A stretch of 64,000 bases of DNA from Phaeosaccion multiseriatum (taxonomy: Eukaryota; Protista; Ochrophyta, other classes): the NCBI GenBank assembly GCA_965112735.1, contig OZ218954.1, positions 496,001 through 560,000 on the forward strand. The letters are read 5' to 3'. Under the pieces are notes generated by a model. That model ran no database searches. It was not told where the DNA came from and saw nothing but the letters and a program-made list of their open reading frames with translations. Made by a program: the position numbers and the translations under genes. This document shows, piece after piece, positions 1 through 12,500 of the stretch; the first letter of the stretch is position 1; every line of letters starts with the position of its first letter.

Positions 1-629
1 CCGCCCTCGTGTCCGTCAACGACCAGACCGAAGACGAACACGTCAAGGCTCTCATCCCAGATATCAACAACGCCCATGTCTGGGTTAGCTTCGAGCGGGA
101 AGCAGGCACCACCCGCAGCACAACAGCGTTCAAGTGGGCAGACGGCACGGCGACGGCGGAGAACACGATGGCGGACGATGAATGGGGCTGGAAGACCAAC
201 CAGCCGAACAGTAGGGGCAACGACCAGCTCTGCGGCTCGTATTACTTCGGAGGCGGCCTGGAGCCCGGCTGGAGCGATGTTCCCTGCAGCGACCCTGGCC
301 CTGTGGCTGGCTTCGTCTGCGAGCGAGGCATAGGTGCGTAAGGTAGTGGCCTGAAGAGGGCTTGGTTGGAAGTGGCGGTACCACACTATTGCGCGCGCGT
401 TGCTTAAAGGGGAAACGCCCTCTTCATCCTCTTCCACCTCGCCTCTCCTTCTTCATGTTGTAGGTTGTTCACGATCATCACCACCTCCTCCTAGTCCACC
501 ATCTCTTGCTCTACAGCCCCCCCCCCCCCCCTCTTCCCCGCTTGAAGGGAAAGCGCCTTTTCCTCCTCATCCCCGCTCCTGCTCTTCCTCCACCTCCACC
601 ACCTCCTCCTCCTCCTCCTCCTCCTCCTC

Positions 630-695
<66 letters not shown>

Positions 696-1702
696 CACCA
701 ACTCTTCCACCACCACATCCTCCTCCCCCGCCTCCTCCTCCAACAAGTATTCCACCCCCCTCTCTTCCCCTTCTGGTCTAACCTCTTAGTCTGCATCGTA
801 TTTCGGGCCCTTAGGCACTGATTTGAATTCACCCGCCCCCCAACACACCCTTCCGCTGCTACTCGTGTCTTCCTCCTTTTGCTCGCGTCTTCCTCCTGCT
901 GCCGTGCGGCCTGCTTCACTTGCGGCCGCTACTCCTCGAATGGTTGTGACACACCATGGGTGGCTGTCACTGAGCAGTGGACTTCACCCAGAGCAATACC
1001 TACACCTCTTCGGCCTCGGAGTACTTCTACGTCCCTCAGCCTGGCGTCACTCGTGACCAAGCGACTGCCCGGTGTGAGCTGAATGGGGCCGCCCTCGTGT
1101 CCGTCAACGACCAGACCGAAGACGAATACGTCAAGGGACTCATCCCAAGTATCAACGAGTTCGAAGATGACCATGTCTGGGTTAGCTTCGAGCGGGACCC
1201 AGGTACCACCCTCAGCACAACGGCATTCAGGTGGGCAGACGGAACGACAACGCCGGACGTTATGGCGGACGATGATGGATGGGGCTGGAAGACCGGCCAG
1301 CCGAACGATGCCGGCAAAGGTCAGCGCTGCGGCTCGTATTTTTTCGGAGGCAGCGGGGGGCCCGGCTGGAGCGATGATCCCTGCAGCGGCACTGCGGTTG
1401 GCTTCGTCTGCGAGCGAGGCATAGGTGCGTAAGGTAGTGGCCTGAAGAGGGCTTGGTTGGAAGTGGCAGTACCACACTATTGCGCGCGCGTTGCTTCAGG
1501 GGGAAACGCCCTCTTCATCCTCTTCCACCTCGCTCCTCCTTCTTCATGTTGTAGGCTGTTCACGATCATCACCACCTCCTCCTAGTCCACCATCTCTTGC
1601 TCTACAAGCCCCCCCCCCCCCCTCTTCCCCGCTTGAAGGGAAAGCGCCTTTTCCTCCTCATCCCCGCTCCTGCTCTTCCTCCACCTCCACCACCTCCTCC
1701 TC

Positions 1703-1759
<57 letters not shown>

Positions 1760-2769
1760 CACCAACTCTTCCACCACCACATCCTCCTCCCCCGCCTCCT
1801 CCTCCAACAAGTATTCCACCCCCCTCTCTTCCCCTTCTGGTCTAACCTCTTAGTCTGCATCGTATTTCGGGCCCTTAGGCACTGATTTGAATTCACCCGC
1901 CCCCCAACACACCCTTCCGCTGCTACTCGTGTCTTCCTCCTTTTGCTCGCGTCTTCCTCCTGCTGCCGTGCGGCCTGCTTCACTTGCGGCCGCTACTCCT
2001 CGAATGGTTGTGACACACCATGGGTGGCTGTCACTGAGCAGTGGACTTCACCCAGAGCAATACCTACACCTCTTCGGCCTCGGAGTACTTCTACGTCCCT
2101 CAGCCTGGCGTCACTCGTGACCAAGCGACTGCCCGGTGTGAGCTGAATGGGGCCGCCCTCGTGTCCGTCAACGACCAGACCGAAGACGAATACGTCAAGG
2201 GACTCATCCCAAGTATCAACGAGTTCGAAGATGACCATGTCTGGGTTAGCTTCGAGCGGGACCCAGGTACCACCCTCAGCACAACGGCATTCAGGTGGGC
2301 AGACGGAACGACAACGCCGGACGTTATGGCGGACGATGATGGATGGGGCTGGAAGACCGGCCAGCCGAACGATGCCGGCAAAGGTCAGCGCTGCGGCTCG
2401 TATTTTTTCGGAGGCAGCGGGGGGCCCGGCTGGAGCGATGATCCCTGCAGCGGCACTGCGGTTGGCTTCGTCTGCGAGCGAGGCATAGGTGCGTAAGGTA
2501 GTGGCCTGAAGAGGGCTTGGTTGGAAGTGGCAGTACCACACTATTGCGCGCGCGTTGCTTCAGGGGGAAACGCCCTCTTCATCCTCTTCCACCTCGCTCC
2601 TCCTTCTTCATGTTGTAGGCTGTTCACGATCATCACCACCTCTTCCTAGTCCACCATCTCTTGCTCTACAAGCCCCCCCCCCCCCCTCTTCCCCGCTTGA
2701 AGGGAAAGCGCCTTTTCCTCCTCATCCCCGCTCCTGCTCTTCCTCCACCTCCACCACCTCCTCCTCCTC

Positions 2770-2811
<42 letters not shown>

Positions 2812-3540
2812 CACCAACTCTTCCACCACCACATCCTCCTCCCCCGCCTCCTCCTCCAACAAGTATTCCACCCCCCTCTCTTCCCCTTCTGGTCTAACCT
2901 CTTAGTCTGCATCGTATTTCGGGCCCTTAGGCACTGATTTGAATTCACCCGCCCCCCAACACACCCTTCCGCTGCTACTCGTGTCTTCCTCCTTTTGCTC
3001 GCGTCTTCCTCCTGCTGCCGTGCGGCCTGCTTCACTTGCGGCCCCTACTCCTCGAATGGTTGTGACACACCATGGGTGGCTGTCACTGAGCAGTGGACTT
3101 CACCCAGAGCAATACCTACACCTCTTCGGCCTCGGAGTACTTCTACGTCCCTCAGCCTGGCGTCACTCGCGACCAAGCGACTGCCCGGTGTGAGCTGAAT
3201 GGGGCCGCCCTCGTGTCCGTCAACGACCAGACCGAAGACGAATACGTCAAGGGACTCATCCCAAATATCAACGAGTTCGAAGATGACCATGTCTGGGTTA
3301 GCTTCGAGCGGGAACGAGGCACTGCCAATGGCAAAACAGCATTCACGTGGGCAGAGGGCACGGCGACGGCGGACTAAACGGTGACAGAAGATGGTTGGGG
3401 CTGGAAGGACCGCCAGCCGAACAGTAGCGGCGACAAGCAGCTCTGCGGCTCGTATTACTTCGGAGGCGACCTTGTGCCCGGCTGGAGCGATATTCCCTGC
3501 AGCGACCCTGCGGTTGGCTTCGTCTGCGAGCGAAGCAAAG
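1..3540 (+). CDS. Tandem array of four C-type lectin domain exons (447 nt each, phase 1-1); the fourth carries an in-frame TAA
   Basis: Translation shows the CTLD pattern: A..RC...GA.LVSVND..E..YV, VWV, F.WADG, W..QPN...CG...W(S)D.PC....GFVCE. Acceptor gagcag|TGGAC and donor AG|gtgcgt. Unit period about 1.05-1.09 kb. Confidence 0.9.
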
Positions 3541-6500
3541 GTGCGTGAGCAAATCTCAGTGTTCTGAAGAGGACTTGGTTGGACGTGGTGGTAACACACA
3601 AAGGCCGCGTGCGGCTTCAGGGGGAGACGCTTTCTTCATCCCCGCTCCTCCTCCTCCTCCCCCTGGTCCTCCTCCTCCTCCTCCTCCTCCTCCTCCTCCT
3701 CCTCCTCCTCCTCCTCCTCCTCCTCCTCCTCCTCCTCCTCACTTACGCGCTGTCCGTAGTCGCGGAACATGTGTGCTGGCCTTGTCGAGTAGCCTATGCC
3801 ATGCCCTCCTCCTCCTTTGCCCTCTTTCCTCCCTCTCCCTTCGTATGCGATAGGTCAAAGTACCACCCCCCTTATCCTCCTCCTCCGGCTTCGACAGGGC
3901 TGTGTGCTTTGATCTATCGCGGGCACCGCCTGACAATGACGCCTACTCCTTGTTTCACTCCCATCTGCTCTTTGCCTGTTCACACTGCCTTCCCTCTTCG
4001 AACGCATGTGCGTTCGCTCGGGTGGCTCCGTGGATGGCTGCCCTTGGGACCATTGTGCACTCTCTTCTGCTTGCTCGCCTGTGCCAAGATCCCGGCAAGT
4101 AAGTGCCCCTCTGAGAAGGAGAGCTCCCCATGGACCCTTCCTTTTCTCCTCACCTTACTGAGCCACCCCTCCTGCTGCCTAAATGTCGAAGTGCAGACAG
4201 CCCATCAACTCCAGCGCATGCGAGGTCTCCGTCTTACATGTCGGTGCCCTCCCTCCCCCCGCCCTGCCCTCGCTACTCATGTGCCCTAACTCTGACAGGC
4301 AGGTCGTGATTGAAGTGCTCCAGGCGGACACTAACCCTGGGCCTGATGGTATCCTCAATCTGGCTGAAGTTGCTTGTTATGATGGCGGCAGCACGAAGAT
4401 TCCGCTGGACGGCATCACCTTGAGCTCCCTCTACAGACCCTCCACGTTTCTTGCCACTCGATGCACCGACGACGACGACACAACCTTCTGTCACTCCGAC
4501 GGGCACGCAAGAGAACCCGGCCGCCTCACTCTGAGCCTTTCCGGCGGAGCTGACCAACCCATCGCGTACTGCGAGGTCACAAACCGTCTCGATTGCCAGA
4601 CATGCAAGGACCGCATCAACGGCGCGAGCTTCAAGATCCTCGACGCGGACGGCACTACTGAGCTCTACGCCAGCACTTTCCCCTCACCCGCACAGGACTC
4701 ATACACTTTCGGTAAGTACACGTGGCTGCGTCATGCTCCCGCGGGGTGGGGGGGGCGAGTAGAGGGCGATCAATACTTAGCTGCCATGGTTGAGCTGCTC
4801 TTCGATCATTTCCCCGCCGTAGCTAAATGTCGAAGCCATACAAGCAAAATTACTCTGGCGTGCCGCTCACGCCCTCCCCCCCCCCGTTGGGCTGCTCACT
4901 GCTGCCTGCCCTGTTCGCCCGCATGTGTGCTTCACGGCTCGGCGCATGGGCGCTGACGGCCCTTTGTGAACCACTGTGCACCCTCCTGCTCTGCTGTGCC
5001 TATCGTAGAGGTTGGCAAGTAAGTACCCCCTCTGCGAAACGGAGTGAACAGCCAGAGCTCGCTATGGACCTTCCCTTTCTCGTCATTTCATTGAGCCACT
5101 CCCGCTACTGCCTACTCGAAGCGCAGATGACGTCATCACTAAATGCACGTTGCGAAACGCCCGTTTTGCCTGTCGATGCCCTCCCCCCCCCCCCGCTCTG
5201 ACAGGCAAGTCATCATCGAAGTGCCTCCGGCGGACGCTAGCACTGGGGATGAGGGTGTCCTTAATCTGGCAGAAGTCGAATGTTACGATGGCAGCAATGC
5301 TAAGATTCCGCTGGACGGCATCACCTTGAGCTCTACCAACCAAGACAAGTTTTCAGCTGAGAACTGCAACGACGGCACCAAGGACGACAAGGACAACTTC
5401 TGTCACTCCGGCGCAGGGGATACCGCTCCCCGCCTCACTCTCTACCTTTCTGGCGGACGTGACCAAGTCGTCACGTACTGCCAGGTCACCAACCGTCTCA
5501 GTACTTGCTGCAAGGACCGCATCAACGGCGCGAGCTTCAAGATCCTCGACGCGGACGGCACTACTGAGCTCTACGCCAGCACTTTCCCCTCACCCGCAGA
5601 GGACTCATACACTTTCGGTACATTGGGGAGGGAAGAGGGAGATTGGTATTTTATGCGTGCCTTTGAGTGCCACCCTCCTTTACTGTATTCAGCCGTCAGT
5701 CCTGTTGTCGGACGTGGAGCAATGCTGCGCCTCTCTCCCCCCACCTTCCCTTCGTCTGGACTGCGTGTGCCTCAGACTCAATCTCAGCCCTGTTCCCCTC
5801 CTGCTCTGTAATCGGCATGCCCATTGGACGATCAATCCCCACTTGCCGGCAGCTTGCTACTCACTTCCCTTTGTGCTTCTTGTTTCCTTTGCCGCTCCGC
5901 GCCTTTTCCCCACCTCCTTCCCCTGGACCTACCATGACTTACAGGCATTACCAGGGAGGCGATCTGCAAGCTCGGCGGTGGAGCATACGACACATCCTCC
6001 GACACGTGCACCTGCCCTTCTGTGACCCCCCTCAATCCACTTGTGTGTAGGGGACAGGTCTGCCAGGTGGGTGCGGCCGGTTGCGCCTTTCACCAGCGCT
6101 TCTCACCAAGTGCTTGACTCGCCCCGCCCAATGCACTTCCTGCGCTCTTTGCCACTACATTGAGGCTCTCTCTCTACACCAACAGCCTGTTGCCTACCAC
6201 TCTTCCTGTACCCCCTGTATCTATCTGCGTGTAGAGTTGCTGTCCCCTTCCTCGGAAGAGGGGCTAGGCGGTGTCAACGCCTTCACCATACCAATCTCTC
6301 TTTCGAGGAAGTGGGCACATGACTGACTTTTGTTCCGCCGCTCCACTTGACCCCGTTGCGCTGTGCTGCCTCCCTTCTTCTCGCTCTGCCACAAACCGCT
6401 CGCCTTCCCTCATACCACGGTCACGACTCACCAAAACATCCGCAACGATTGGTTGGCTGGGCCGCACCGCGAACGTGTCCCCTGTGCCCCCTGTCTACTG

Positions 6501-9500
6501 CTCGTCCTCACGGCGGCCTGTGGTTGGCTCCCTCGCCACCCTCCTTCTGCTGACACTGCTGCTCTTCACTGCCACGCCCTTCGCATTTTTTCCTGATGGC
6601 TGCTTTGCTTCTTCGACGTCACAGGGCACCACTTTTGTGGTGAGTGTAAGTGTTTGCTATCGCTCATCCCATCCGCCGTTTGGACTGCCTCACGCCAGGC
6701 AGCCAGGGGCTGAGAAGTGGTTCTGGCTGAGTGGGGCCTCCGCCGCTTGTTGATTGACCTTTCATTTTATTAGTGCGGGGCAGCCAGCTGCATTCTTTGC
6801 GACAACTTTAGCACTTACCTGGCCTTCGTGCCAGTCTAAGCCTGCGCCGTCGCTGTCGGCCAGGGTCAGGTCCCCCTTCTTCTCCCCCCCCCCCCCTTCG
6901 GCTGCTTTCATACTCATGCATCATGTCGACTCTGCTCACTCCGCCCCTATCTCTCTTGTCCCCACCTCACAATGCTGCCCATCCTGAAGAACTGCGCTGT
7001 TTCCTGCACGGAAAGCGGCAGCTGCGAGGTGAGTCCGTCTTGGCATGGGGGGGTAGTAGACGTTACACACGAGTTAACGGGGACAGGGCGTTGCGGTGCC
7101 TCTCCACCTTCTCGCGCCCCCTCCTTCCCACCCCATTTTCTCTCATGCTTGCTCTGCTAGTCTATGTTCGATTGGTCTCCTCGCTGTGTGTGTGGTCATC
7201 GTGTCTCGCGGCCTCCTTTCTGTTTGTCACTTCCGCTTCTCGCTCCTGTGCGTTCCTCGTATCCTGGCGAGCAAGCCTTGTACCCTTGGCCCTCTCCCCA
7301 TGTCTTGCTTTGCGTGCACCTGGCTGGGTCCAGACGAAGCGAAAGTGGACGGGGCGGATGGTATTCTCCTGTTCATCCTCTCGAAAGCGCTCTCCCAACA
7401 CTTGATTGCTCTCTGTGACCTCGCCCCAACCGCCCTCTGCAGAGTGTTGTCCTGCTGGGAAGTTCCTACGCCAATTGCGGCGCAGCCAATGCTTGTAGTG
7501 GCCTTGAGGTGTGTGTGTCACAAATGAGAGGGGGTGGGGGAAAGCCAAGCACGCCGCCGGCCGTGGACGTCCATGAGGTTTTTCTGTAACCGTAACCGCA
7601 TCTCTGCTGTCTCCTCCGTCGCTCTCTGTCATGCCTCGCGCCGCTGTGAACAACAGACCGAGGACGAAGCATGCTGCGTAGGACAGGGATGGTAGGTGAT
7701 CGCAGCAGAGTGTGCTTGCTGTGCGTGTCCTTGGCGGCGTGGGAGGGCTGTACGAGCTGTTGGCGAACCCCCCCCCACACGCGGTCGGGCCCTCGCATTT
7801 GATCTCGCTCTCTCTCCTCCTTTGTGCGCTCACGTTTGTCTGCGTTCTGCCGTGCCGACTCCGTGTCGTTTCCCGTGAATCCTCTATCCTTGCGACTTCA
7901 ATCGTACCAAAAAGCCCTTCTGCTGGGGATAGTCCCCTCACCATGTGTGTAGGTAAGAACGGAGTTGATAACATGCGGGCGGCATGGGCTTTGATGCTGT
8001 TACTACACACTGAGCACCTCCGAGTGGTCACTCGCTGCTCATTGCCTTGCTGACTGACAACGTTCGCTAACTGGCTGTTTCTGTCCTTTTCCCTTCCACA
8101 CCTCGTCCTGGTGGTGGTTTTGCTCTCCTCATGCCACCCTCTTTGCCGCTCCGCTGGTGGGCGGCGTGGCTTGCTTCTCATCCCCTAACTTGGCGTCATG
8201 CTCATGCTGCTGGGTTGTGTGCTTCCTTGTGATGCAGACACCGACGGAGATGGGATTGTGGACACGGCGGACAAGCGAGTGGACGCTGCAGGAGGGTGTG
8301 TGCGAGTGTGTGCGTGCGTGCCAGCTATTCTTCCCCCGAGTTCCCCAAAGGCCTCCAAGCAATGAGCCGTTTGATCGGTTTCAGGCGCAGTCATAAAATG
8401 GCCGTGCCCGGGCTGGTATCCGACCACTGACTGCCATACATTGCCTCCTCCCCTTTGCCCTGTGCAGTTGCCCTGAGGTTGCAAACGCTGATCAACAAGA
8501 CCTCGACGGCGACGGAGAAGGAGATGCTTGTGATGGTGAGGGATGGGTCTTAAAAAAGCAGTGGCGACGGAAAAACCCTGTCCTTTGTGAGCACTGCTCT
8601 GCGTGATGGCAAACTGACTTTCCCACCTCGTTGCGTGTGACACTCCGTGGTCTGATGGCGCCCTCTTTGCTGCTCTACTGGTGGGCGGCGCGGTGTGCTT
8701 CTCATCCTCTAACTTGTTATGGTCATTCCTCTTCCTTCTCATCATCCAGACACCGACGGAGACGGGATTGTGGACGCTGAGGACAAGTGAGTGCACTGAG
8801 ATATGGAGAGAATCGAAGTGGAGTGATGCCGTGCTTACGAGTGTTGCGCGTGTGTGCGTGCGCAACGCCCCCGTGTGTCGAAGAGGGTCCACACTGACTG
8901 CAGTACTTCCTCCCCCCCTCGTGCCGACTCCTCGCAGCTGCCCGTTCACAGCCAACTCCAACCAACAAGACAGCAATAATGACGGAGTAGGAGACGCGTG
9001 TGGTGAGAAACGGCAGGGTTCGGGGAGAAGCACTCCATTCTGCACGTCCAAACTTAGACTCTACAGCCATCTGCAGCGCGTTGCCCCTCGTCTTGTGCTC
9101 TCGCGTTCCTCCTCCTCCTCCTCCTCCTCCTATACCTCCTAGCTATGCCTCCTATACCTCCTCCGCCTCCTCCTCCTCCTCCTCCTCCTCCTCCTCCTCC
9201 TCCTCCTCCTCATCCTCATCCTCATCCTCTTCCTCCTCCGCCTCCTCATCCTCCTCCTCCCCCTTCCTCCTCTATGCTTGTGGTGATGGTGAGGGATGGT
9301 TGGTCTTGTTGGAGGGGGTTTTAGGGTGGCTGGCGCTCTGCTATTTATTGAGCACTGCTCTGTCTGTTGGCAAGCTGACTTTCCCACCTCGTTGTGCATG
9401 ACACTGTATCATGGTCTGATGGTACCATCCTTGCCACTCTGCTGGTGGGCCGTGTGGCTTGCTTCTCATCGCCGAACTTGTTATCATGCTCATGCTGCTG

Positions 9501-12500
9501 GGATGTGTGCTTCCTTGTGATCCAGACACCGACGGAGACGGGATTGTGGACGCTGAGGACAAGTGAGTGGACGCTGCAGGAGGGTGTGTGCGTGTGTGCG
9601 TGCGTGCGTGCCAGCTTTTCTGCCCCCGAGTTCCCCAAAGGCCTCCAATGAGCCGTTTGATCGGTTTCAGGCGCAGTTATAAAATGGCGGTGCCCTGGTA
9701 TCCGACCACTGACTTCCATGCATTGCCTCCCCCCCTTTGCCCTGTGCAGTTGCCCTGAGGTTGCAAACGCTGATCAACAAGACCTCGACGGAGACGGAGA
9801 AGGAGATGCTTGTGATGGTGAGGGATGGGTCTTAAAAAAGAAGTGGCGAGGGAAAGACCCTGTCCTTTGTGAGCACTGCTCTGCGTGATGGCAAGCTGAC
9901 TTTCCCACCTCGTTGCGTGTGACACTCCATGGTCTGATGGTGCCCTCTTTGCTGCTCTGCTGGTGGGCGGCGCGGTGTGCTTCTCATCACCGAACTTGTC
10001 ATCATGCTCATGCTGCTGGGATGTGTGCTTCCTTATCACCCAGACATCGACGGAGACGGGATTGTGGACGCTGAGGACAAGTGAGTGGACGCTGCAGGAG
10101 GGCGTGTGCGTGTGTGTGTGTGCGTGCCAGGTTTTTTGCCCACGAGTGCGCCAAAGGCTTCCAATGGGCCGTTTGTTCGGTTTCAGGCGCAGTCATAAAA
10201 TGGCCGTGCCCTGGCTGGTAGCTATCTGACCACTGACTGCCATGCATTGCCTCCTCCCCTTTGCCCTGTGCAGTTGCCCTGAGGTTGCAAACGCTGATCA
10301 AAAAGACTTCGACGGAGACGGAGAAGGAGATGTTTGTGATGATGGTGAGGGATGGTTCTTAAAGGAAGTGGGGAGGAGGGAAAAACCCTGTCCTTTGTGA
10401 GCACTGCTCTGCGTGATGGCAAGCTGACTTTCCCACCTCGTTGCGTGTGGCACCCCATGGTCTGATGGTACCCTCCTCCTCGCCGCTCTGCTGGTGGCTG
10501 GGCGGCGCGGTGTGCTTCTCATCCTCTAACTTGTTGTGGTCATGCCGCTGGGTTGTGTGCTTCCTTCTCATCATCCAGACACCGACGGAGACGGGATTGT
10601 GGACGCTAAGGACAAGTAAGTGACCGCTGTAGGAGGTGCGCGTGCGTGCGTGTGTATATGCTGCTGCTGCTGCTACTGCTACTGCTGCTACTGCTGCTAC
10701 TGCTGCTGCTACTGCTGCTGCTGCTGCGGGCAACCCTCCTGGCTGGCCTGTGTGTAGCCCAAGTGGCCTGCCTCAGGCCTGAACCCCCCTTCTGCGGAGG
10801 AGGTCACGCGTTAACCGCTTACGCCCCCCCTTCTCTCCGGCCGAATCCGCTGTGGATGTCCCTTGTTGTAGCTGCCCCTATTTGCCCAACCCGACCCAAG
10901 AGGATGTGAACGACTGTATAGGTGAGAAAGGGGACGGCAGAAGAGAAGAAGTACAGGCTACAGGAGGGGTGGGGGAGGTGTGAACCTTGTCGAGGGGCGC
11001 TTCGAGTAGAACATGCAAGTCCTTCGAACAACATGAGGCCCTGTGGCCTGACTGTGGTCTAACTGTGGTCTGACGGTAGCAACAAGGGTGTGCGTAATCG
11101 GTCCTGATCCTCCCATCTGCTCCTTGCTGCTTCCTGACTGGCATCTAAACTCCACACCCTCGGTGTTTACATGCTCGGGGCCTCTTTTTGCTTGTGCTGT
11201 GCTGTGCTGTGCTCTCCATGTTACTTTTTGCCCACATTGTACGCCAGCCCTGAGCGAGCTGTGCACGGAGTCATACATTCCTATCAGCGCGAACGACGGC
11301 AGATTGAGGTCATGCACGTGTACCTCTAATTCTGATCAAGTGGACTGTACCGGCTCGTTTTGCCAGGTGCGTGCGCAGCCAGGCAGGGCATCGACTCACC
11401 AGCGAATGGATGGGCCCCGTGCGCTCCTTGCTTGCTCGTTGACTCATTGAGTCCTCGACCGAGACTCTTTGAACCCTCTGCTGATGCGTGGTAGCTACTG
11501 CTGTTGCTCTGTGAGTCTTGGCATTTGTATGGCTGTGAGTAAGCGAACCCTTCTGACACGCACTTTCTTGCCTCTTGACGTGGCTGGTGCCTCTGCCTTG
11601 CCCTTGCTTGGCACCTGCGGCGTCTGTCTACACTGTGCGGCCGGCCCCGTCCTCATGTTGTTGGGTATCGCGCGCGCATGGGGTTCGTCGGACATGGTCC
11701 TTCTCCACTCGTACCCGCGGCCGCGTCTCCTCCTCGCCTCAACAGAGGACGGTGTTTAAGGTGAGGAAGCGACGAGTGTTTGCATGATCATCTTTCTTGT
11801 TGCAACGCACCCTCGTCCTTGCGCCGCCATTTTGATGTTTGCATGTATGTACGGACCCACCCTCATCCTAACACCCCAACACCCCGCTGCTTCCCTTCGT
11901 CCTGCTTTCTCATGTCCGTCATGACATGCGGCTGCTTCCTTCCGCCCCTGGCTGGGGCCCACCTCGCCTCTGCTCAAACGTCATGAAGAAATGCGCCGTG
12001 ACCTGTTTGGATGATTCCAGCTGCCGAGTGAGTGAGCAAGTCTCTTGTAGCAGCTACTGGCCCCTCATGAGTCACCCCAAGAACTCCACTCTTGTTGCCC
12101 GTCCGACTACTAGATTTTAGGTTTTGTGTCATAGCGACCCTCCTGTGGCACAGGGCCCATACGTTGAGCCTTTCTCCTCTCCTGACCTCCCCCCTGTGCC
12201 CCTCCTCTGCTGCTGGTCTTCTGCCCCCTTTTCTCTTCAACACACACCCTGCTCCACACAGAATGCAAATTTCCAAGGCGATTCCAGGGCCGACTGCTCA
12301 GGGAAGGAATCCTGTACGGTGAGTTCTCCGTCCGCTCTCGCTGCCTGCTTGGCCGATTGTGTATCTTAGCTTACTTGTGTCGTACCAGCCACTGGCGGCA
12401 CACACTCCAGGCCTCCCCCCTAGCTATCCAGACCCCCCCCCCTGTGCCCCTCGCTCTGGCTGCTGGCCTCCTGCCCTCTTTTCTCATCAACACACACCCT

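Noticed and set aside
506-781. Pro/Thr mucin-like linker exon within each lectin repeat unit
   Set aside because: The candidate acceptor (ctacag) is ctacaag in units 2 and 3, there is no convincing donor, and the CTL exons join in phase without it. Length changes in multiples of 3 are expected for trinucleotide repeats.
3375-3377. Stop-codon reassignment (TAA read as sense)
   Set aside because: Only one instance. No in-frame TAA/TAG occurs in the long PPR or SET ORFs, and reading through TAA at 45052 does not restore SET motifs.
1-3540. Diversity-generating retroelement acting on C-type lectin repeats
   Set aside because: Differences between copies are not adenine-specific (for example CGC/CTC, CTC/CGC, GCG/CCG), they include indels, and there is no reverse transcriptase in the window.
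7334-7990. Additional micro-exons (for example ~7657-7691, TEDEACCVGQG)
   Set aside because: Plausible, but I could not close the reading phase to 8238 unambiguously, so the interval is left unresolved.
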